From positions 1-10,495 of the forward strand of contig MGIQ01000004.1 in assembly GCA_001793825.1 (NCBI GenBank): a stretch of DNA of 10,495 nt, written 5' to 3'. The notes under the pieces are model-generated. The model had not been told where the DNA came from and made no database searches. It was given only the letters and a program-made list of their open reading frames with translations. The translations under genes were made by a program, and so were the position numbers. Shown here in pieces: positions 7,096 through 10,495 of the stretch (position 1 is its first letter; each line of letters starts with the position of its first letter). This DNA is from Candidatus Wolfebacteria bacterium RIFCSPLOWO2_01_FULL_38_11 (GTDB lineage: Bacteria; Patescibacteriota; Minisyncoccia; UBA6257; UBA9933).

Positions 7096-7109
7096 AAATT
7101 TATTTTTAA

Positions 7110-7194
7110 TGGTGCCGAGGGTGGGATTTGAACCCACATGCCTTGCGGCGCTAGCTCCTAAAGCTAGTGCGTCTGCCAATTTCGCCACCTCGGC
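7110..7194 (-). tRNA. tRNA-Leu (anticodon UAG), type II, CCA encoded
   Basis: On the minus strand the tRNA is 85 nt. The acceptor is GCCGAGG/CCTCGGC. It has U8 and G9, a 3-bp D-stem (GCG/CGC) with an 11-nt D-loop, and an anticodon stem CTAGC/GCTAG. The anticodon loop is TTTAGGA, giving anticodon TAG that reads CUA. The variable arm is 13 nt. The T-arm is GTGGG-TTCAAAT-CCCAC, the discriminator is A, and it ends in CCA. The overall sequence closely resembles bacterial tRNA-Leu (GCCGAAGTGGCGAAAT...). Confidence 0.9.
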
Positions 7195-7203
7195 AATGAA
7201 AAC

Positions 7204-7232
7204 ATCATACTAAAGTTCAAAAAAAGCGGCAA
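7204..7232 (-). promoter_or_regulatory. sigma70-type promoter for tRNA-Leu(UAG) and downstream PHP nuclease gene
   Basis: On the minus strand: TTGCCG, a 17-nt spacer, then TATGAT, followed by 9 nt (GTTTTCATT) before the mature tRNA 5' end. This predicts a very short tRNA leader. Confidence 0.55.
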
Positions 7233-7253
7233 GAGCTAAGGAATGCAATTTAA

Positions 7254-7282
7254 TTGACGTCTATATAATTTTATGATATAAT
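7254..7282 (+). promoter_or_regulatory. near-consensus sigma70 promoter (TTGACG-17-TATAAT with TGn extension) for the SPFH operon
   Basis: TTGACG at 7254-7259, an exact 17-bp spacer, and TATAAT at 7277-7282. The -10 is preceded by TGA (TGaTATAAT), an extended -10. The predicted TSS is ~7289, giving a ~68-nt 5' UTR that contains a strong SD (GGAGGA) 6 nt before ATG 7358. Confidence 0.7.
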
Positions 7283-7357
7283 ATCGGCGTTCTTTGAGAA
7301 GTTAATAAGGTATAAAAAAATAAAAACAAACTGGCCAATGGCCGAAGGAGGACGAAG

Positions 7358-8575
7358 ATGAGTGTAGAAAGGATGACAAAGTGGATTTTTTTAAGCGTTG
7401 CAGTAATTCTCAATTTTTTTCTTATCATTGTTGAATATGTCTGGCTTTCAAAATATTCAATAATGATTGGCGAGTGGGAATGTAATTTGGGTTGGGCTAC
7501 TTTTTTTGCTCAGCTTCTTTATAATATTCTTAGTTTTCGAATAGTCGGACCAACAGAGCTTGGAGCATTGCTTTTCTTTGGTAGGCCCATACGCGATGTG
7601 GATTCTGGGTTGAGATTTGTTCCGTTTCTTGTATGCCGGTTGGCAAGGAATACAAAAAATGCTATTGAGATTGAACTTCCGGCCCGGCCTGAACTAATAT
7701 ACAGGGCTGAGCGAGGGAAAGAAGAGGTTGTACCGGAAAATCTTCTAAAGCTCGGATTCAGGCCTCCAATCAGAGTTCAATTTGGGTGGCCAGGAATTAA
7801 ACTAGAGACAGAAGATCTCGGGGGTAAAATCAAAGATCCTAAAACAAAAGAAGAGGAACGCGAAAAAGCTATAAAAACTAAAGAACTCTACGACGCCTTG
7901 AATAAACTTATAATAGGCGAAATCTTTGAGGGTGATCCATTAAATGTCCGTATGACTGTGGAAACCCCCCTTGTAGTTCGGCTGAAAATCAGCAGTCTCG
8001 TTAATTTTTTGGAAGTATTCGGCTCGATAGAGAACGCAGAAGACCATATACAAGACATCGCGGTAGCGATGCTTAACCGGGAATTTTCAAAAATCACTCC
8101 CGCAGTAGCGCAACATCATCTCGGAACGTTTAGCAATTTAATAAAAGATGATGTTATCGAAAGAATAAGAAGCGACAAAGGGAGTGATTGTGGCGTAAAT
8201 ATTATGACAGTACTCTTACGCCCCTTTGTTTACAGCCACGAGTTTAATGCGGCTATTCAAGAGCCAGCCGAAGAGCGAGCGAAAAAACAGGCAACTGTTA
8301 CTGCCGCTGAAGCCCAGAAGCGAAAAGATATCCTTGAAGGAGAGGGTCAAGGAGCAAAAGAAAAAGCCATAATTGATGGCCGAACAAAAGGCCTTACGAA
8401 TATGGCAAAAGAACTTGGTGTTTTGCCCTTAGCTGTATTGAGCGCAGAAACAGCGCGAGCAATTACGGCAAATCCAGGCCAAAAGACAATTATTGCCGGC
8501 ACAGCTGGTTTTAACGATCTGATGGCTGTGGGTGCTGCCCTTGGAGAAGTCTTTAGAAAGGAGGATAAAAAATGA
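7358..8575 (+). CDS. SPFH / band-7 domain protein (stomatin/HflC-like), membrane-anchored, with atypical ~85-aa charged insertion
   Basis: The 405-aa protein has an N-terminal TM helix (IFLSVAVILNFFLIIVEYVW). The SPFH beta-start is GALLFFGRPIRDVDSGLRFVPFLVCRLAR, corresponding to GPGLHF.IPFID.V. The SPFH core is VRMTVETPLVVRL...AVAMLNREF...GVNIMTVLLRPFVYSHEFNAAI. The typical C-terminal coiled-coil is AEAQKRKDILEGEGQGAKEKAI. The SD is AGGAGG. GC content (~45-53%) is clearly above the window background (~37%). Confidence 0.75.
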   Translation: MSVERMTKWIFLSVAVILNFFLIIVEYVWLSKYSIMIGEWECNLGWATFFAQLLYNILSFRIVGPTELGALLFFGRPIRDVDSGLRFVPFLVCRLARNTKNAIEIELPARPELIYRAERGKEEVVPENLLKLGFRPPIRVQFGWPGIKLETEDLGGKIKDPKTKEEEREKAIKTKELYDALNKLIIGEIFEGDPLNVRMTVETPLVVRLKISSLVNFLEVFGSIENAEDHIQDIAVAMLNREFSKITPAVAQHHLGTFSNLIKDDVIERIRSDKGSDCGVNIMTVLLRPFVYSHEFNAAIQEPAEERAKKQATVTAAEAQKRKDILEGEGQGAKEKAIIDGRTKGLTNMAKELGVLPLAVLSAETARAITANPGQKTIIAGTAGFNDLMAVGAALGEVFRKEDKK

Positions 8576-9123
8576 AGTTCCCACTGGTTGTATTTTTCTT
8601 GATTCTGGCAATAGTCATTTTTATGAAATGGCGTCAGAGTCAGGATCAGTTAGCGTCAGTGATAAAGGGAAAAGAACCAGGTAAAGGCGGACAGAAAAAA
8701 CCGGCGCGGAAAATCCCAAAAATCGGTTACGCGATTTTATTCATTATTCTTGTTTCCGTGATTTCGATTTTTTATAAATCGGAAATAAGAGAGTGGATAG
8801 AATCCAGGCCAGCGAAAACTGTTCTTGCGGCGCAGATAGTTTATCCCGCGTGTTATGACGCGCAAGATATAATGGCCAGGGGAGCAAGTGAGATAATTGC
8901 GAGACCGAATTGCTGGTCTGGCAATATCTCCATTCCGCCGCAGAGCTGGTTTCGAATCGTGCCTTCTGGGAAAGTGACGATTCGGACTTGGGCTGGCAGA
9001 GTGATTCGCGACGGCCCCGGGCAAGCCAACTGGCTGGGAGACGATATCCGAGACGGCAATTTCCGGATAATCTCGGACGAAAGCCAACCGGTTAAAGTCG
9101 CAATCCTTTCTCGGCCAAAATGA
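8572..9123 (+). CDS. uncharacterised 2-TM membrane protein with Lys-rich cytoplasmic loop and Cys-containing extracytoplasmic C-terminal domain; SPFH operon partner (NfeD-like role hypothesised)
   Basis: The 183-aa protein starts at an ATG overlapping the upstream stop (ATGA at 8572-8575), so the two genes are translationally coupled. The SD is AGGAGGAT, 6 nt upstream. TM1 is residues 4-18, followed by a K/R-rich loop (KGKEPGKGGQKKPARKIPK). TM2 is ~51-68. The ~115-aa C-terminal domain has 2 Cys (YPACYDAQ...RPNCWSG) and is Arg/Gly/Asp-rich (GRVIRDGPGQANWLGDDIRDGNFRII). GC content is ~52-55%. No family was recognised. Confidence 0.7.
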   Translation: MKFPLVVFFLILAIVIFMKWRQSQDQLASVIKGKEPGKGGQKKPARKIPKIGYAILFIILVSVISIFYKSEIREWIESRPAKTVLAAQIVYPACYDAQDIMARGASEIIARPNCWSGNISIPPQSWFRIVPSGKVTIRTWAGRVIRDGPGQANWLGDDIRDGNFRIISDESQPVKVAILSRPK

Positions 9124-9160
9124 GAGCGAAAGAATAAATTTAATAAAGGAGGTGAAAACC

Positions 9161-9194
9161 AAAACCCCGCTTGAGTTAAGAGCGGGGTTTTTTA
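9161..9194. terminator. bidirectional rho-independent terminator
   Basis: AAAA-CCCCGCT-tgagttaag-AGCGGGG-TTTTTT. The 7-bp GC-rich stem has a T-tract on the + strand and an A-tract that reads as a U-tract for the - strand. It lies between convergent genes ending at 9123 (+) and 9216 (-). Confidence 0.8.
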
Positions 9195-9215
9195 TGTTAT
9201 TTATTTTACTAAAAT

Positions 9216-9602
9216 TTATTGTCCAGTTGAAACGAATGATTTAACAATTAGATTTATGCTAACTGCCAATAAAGCAACGACGATTGCAACAACAGCGTAA
9301 ATAATTTGATTTTTAGCTGAACCAACTTTTTCCGGATCACCGCCTGATGTCAAATAAGTGAAAGCGGCGAATAAAATCATTATGCCGGCAATAATGAAAA
9401 AGATGGTATATATCCATTGGAAGGCATAAATTATCAATCCAACAACTCCGCCTATGTTTTCTGACGGAAGAATTTGATTAATGCCAAGATCGCCTGACCC
9501 CGGGATTTCTCCCTTAGTGATGGCAAAAGCGGTATTTGTTATAAGGCCAGACATTATAATCATTAATGATAGGCCGATAATTATTAATAAATTAAATTTC
9601 AT
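9216..9602 (-). CDS. small secreted 2-TM protein, paralog 3 of tandem pilin-like family (VirB2/TrbC-type topology)
   Basis: The 128-aa protein has an N-terminal signal peptide with an AxA site (TNTAFA|ITKG). The mature protein has a short variable N-terminus (GEIPGSGDLGINQILPSEN), then TM1 (LIIYAFQWIYTIFFIIAGIMILFAAFTYL), a conserved loop TSGGDPEKVGSAKNQ, and TM2 (IIYAVVAIVVALLAVSINLIV). It is ~65% identical to paralog 2 over the TM core. Confidence 0.75.
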   Translation of the reverse strand: MKFNLLIIIGLSLMIIMSGLITNTAFAITKGEIPGSGDLGINQILPSENIGGVVGLIIYAFQWIYTIFFIIAGIMILFAAFTYLTSGGDPEKVGSAKNQIIYAVVAIVVALLAVSINLIVKSFVSTGQ

Positions 9603-9665
9603 GATTATTTTGTTTTAATTTACGACCTTTTTGTTTATTATATTTAATTTTAGCAAAAAATAAAA

Positions 9666-10025
9666 TTAATTTCCTGTGGATATAAAATTAGAAATAATGG
9701 CGGTAAAACTGACGGATAAAAGAGCAATAATAATGGCAATGACGGCATATAAAATTTGCTTGTTGGCAGTTTTAATTTTTTCAGCATCGCCTTGGGCGGT
9801 AAGATATGCGAAAGCGGCGAGAATTATAAAAATGGCGGCAACAATAAAGAAAATCGTATACATCCATTTAACGACATTTACCAGTATTCTAATTATATCA
9901 TTAACGCTTTTTACCGGCGTATCAACATCTGCCGCAAAAACATTCAACGGAACTAAAAAGGAAATTAGGAAATTGACGGAAATTAAGAGACCTATCGAAG
10001 TCAGCAAGAATTTATTTGATTTCAT
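9666..10025 (-). CDS. small secreted 2-TM protein, paralog 2 of tandem pilin-like family
   Basis: The 119-aa protein has a signal peptide with cleavage site NVFA|ADVD. It shares the core WMYTIFFIVAAIFIILAAFAYLTAQGDAEKIKTANKQILYAVIAIIIALLSVS with paralogs 1 and 3. It lies 9 nt downstream of paralog 1's stop with no SD, suggesting coupled translation. The 120-aa + strand ORF at 9676-10038 is its antisense shadow. Confidence 0.75.
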   Translation of the reverse strand: MKSNKFLLTSIGLLISVNFLISFLVPLNVFAADVDTPVKSVNDIIRILVNVVKWMYTIFFIVAAIFIILAAFAYLTAQGDAEKIKTANKQILYAVIAIIIALLSVSFTAIISNFISTGN

Positions 10026-10034
10026 AAATTTTCA

Positions 10035-10415
10035 TTAAATTTTGCCGGATAAATTAGCGCCTAAAATTTCTCCGACAATATAAATAATGCCGTAACTGCA
10101 AATAATTATAGCATATCCGATAACCGCCCATTTAATAGTATTTTGGCCACTTTTGACTTTTTCCGGGTTGTCGCCAGCGGTTAAAATTTGAAAAGCTCCG
10201 TAAATGACCATAATTACGAGAATCGGAGCGCCGATTTTAATAAGATAGCCAATAATACCCTTGAGAAGATCGGTAAAGCTGTCGTATTTAAGAGGATTTG
10301 CAAAGCCGCCGGTTCCACCGCCTATATCAGCAAGCGAAAAACTCGTGGAAATAATAAACAAGAGCGGAATAAACAGAAAGAGAAGAGCAAATTTATTTTT
10401 TAATAATTTAATCAT
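10035..10415 (-). CDS. small secreted 2-TM protein, paralog 1 (most divergent) of tandem pilin-like family
   Basis: The 126-aa protein has a signal peptide with cleavage site SFSLA|DIGGG and a Gly-rich mature N-terminus (DIGGGTGGFANPLKYDSF). Its core IYGAFQILTAGDNPEKVKSGQNTIKWAVIGYAII retains the A-F-x-x-L-T-x-G-D-x-E-K-V...Q/K-x-I loop signature of the family. Confidence 0.7.
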   Translation of the reverse strand: MIKLLKNKFALLFLFIPLLFIISTSFSLADIGGGTGGFANPLKYDSFTDLLKGIIGYLIKIGAPILVIMVIYGAFQILTAGDNPEKVKSGQNTIKWAVIGYAIIICSYGIIYIVGEILGANLSGKI

Positions 10416-10495
10416 TTTAACTGCAATTAATCACAGAGGCGGGATTCCACCATTGGATGGAACTTTTACTTAGCAATTGTATAAGTATATCAACG

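Noticed and set aside
7096-7188. N-terminal 31 codons of the track ORF 5728-7188 (MAKLADALALGASAARHVGSNPTLGTIKNKF…)
   Set aside because: This stretch is the antisense-frame translation of tRNA-Leu(UAG) (7110-7194). The real start is the in-frame ATG at 7095 (MRFISDLHIHS…), which matches the canonical PHP-domain N-terminus.
9146-9160. Orphan perfect SD-like sequence AAAGGAGGTGAAAA just after the partner gene stop
   Set aside because: There is no start codon at a usable distance; GTG is immediately adjacent and followed by the terminator stem. It is more likely part of the A-tract side of the bidirectional terminator region.
8737-9162. Antisense and alternative-frame ORFs of 141, 68 and 61 aa inside the GC-rich partner gene (8737-9162 -, 8853-9059 -, 8910-9095 +)
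   Set aside because: Long open frames are expected by chance in locally GC-rich DNA. The products are Arg/Pro/Ser-rich with no TM or motif content. The + strand 183-aa gene has an SD, translational coupling and a coherent membrane topology.
9676-10038. 120-aa + strand ORF (and 66-aa ORF at 9756-9956) opposite pilin-like paralog 2
   Set aside because: This is the antisense shadow of a hydrophobic, AT-rich gene. It has no upstream signals. The minus-strand gene belongs to a three-member paralog family with conserved features, which fixes the coding strand.
10188-10473. 70-71-aa + strand ORFs opposite pilin-like paralog 1
   Set aside because: These are antisense shadow ORFs with a Lys/Arg/Asn-rich composition produced by an A-rich antisense strand.
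1-10495. CRISPR array or mobile element (transposase, integrase, terminal inverted repeats)
   Set aside because: The only repeats are the 3x GATTAATTTG array and small hairpins. No integrase or transposase-like ORFs were found. The GC-shifted SPFH module has no recognisable mobility genes or flanking direct repeats within the window.

Overview
This is a low-GC (about 35-38%) bacterial chromosomal fragment. Its gene content and architecture look like a small-genome, Gram-positive-type or Candidate Phyla Radiation (CPR)/Patescibacteria-like organism. Ribosome-binding sites (Shine-Dalgarno, SD) are weak or absent, and housekeeping genes are interleaved with many small membrane proteins.

Contents from 5' to 3':
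- A canonical two-motif cupin.
- A convergent membrane protein with two PF05552-like conserved-TM-helix repeats.
- A + strand operon: DUF360/phage-holin-4-like membrane protein, then secG, then a membrane-anchored family-5 ABC substrate-binding protein with no permease or ATPase genes in the window.
- tRNA-Leu(CAG).
- RNase J.
- A convergent PHP-domain, endonuclease-Q-like nuclease. Its stop codon abuts the RNase J stop with zero spacer. It sits 14 nt downstream of a co-oriented tRNA-Leu(UAG); the ORF track's N-terminal extension for this gene is antisense tRNA.
- A compositionally distinct (about 45-55% GC) two-gene operon under a textbook TTGACG-17-TATAAT promoter. It encodes an SPFH/band-7 protein with an atypical insertion, translationally coupled to an uncharacterised 2-TM protein with a Cys-containing extracytoplasmic domain.
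- A tandem triplet of paralogous small genes with a signal peptide plus two TM helices. They have VirB2/TrbC-pilin-like topology and run off the window edge.

The most interesting candidates for undescribed biology are the horizontally acquired-looking SPFH-partner module and the tandem pilin-like paralog array. No CRISPR array, transposase or integrase is present.
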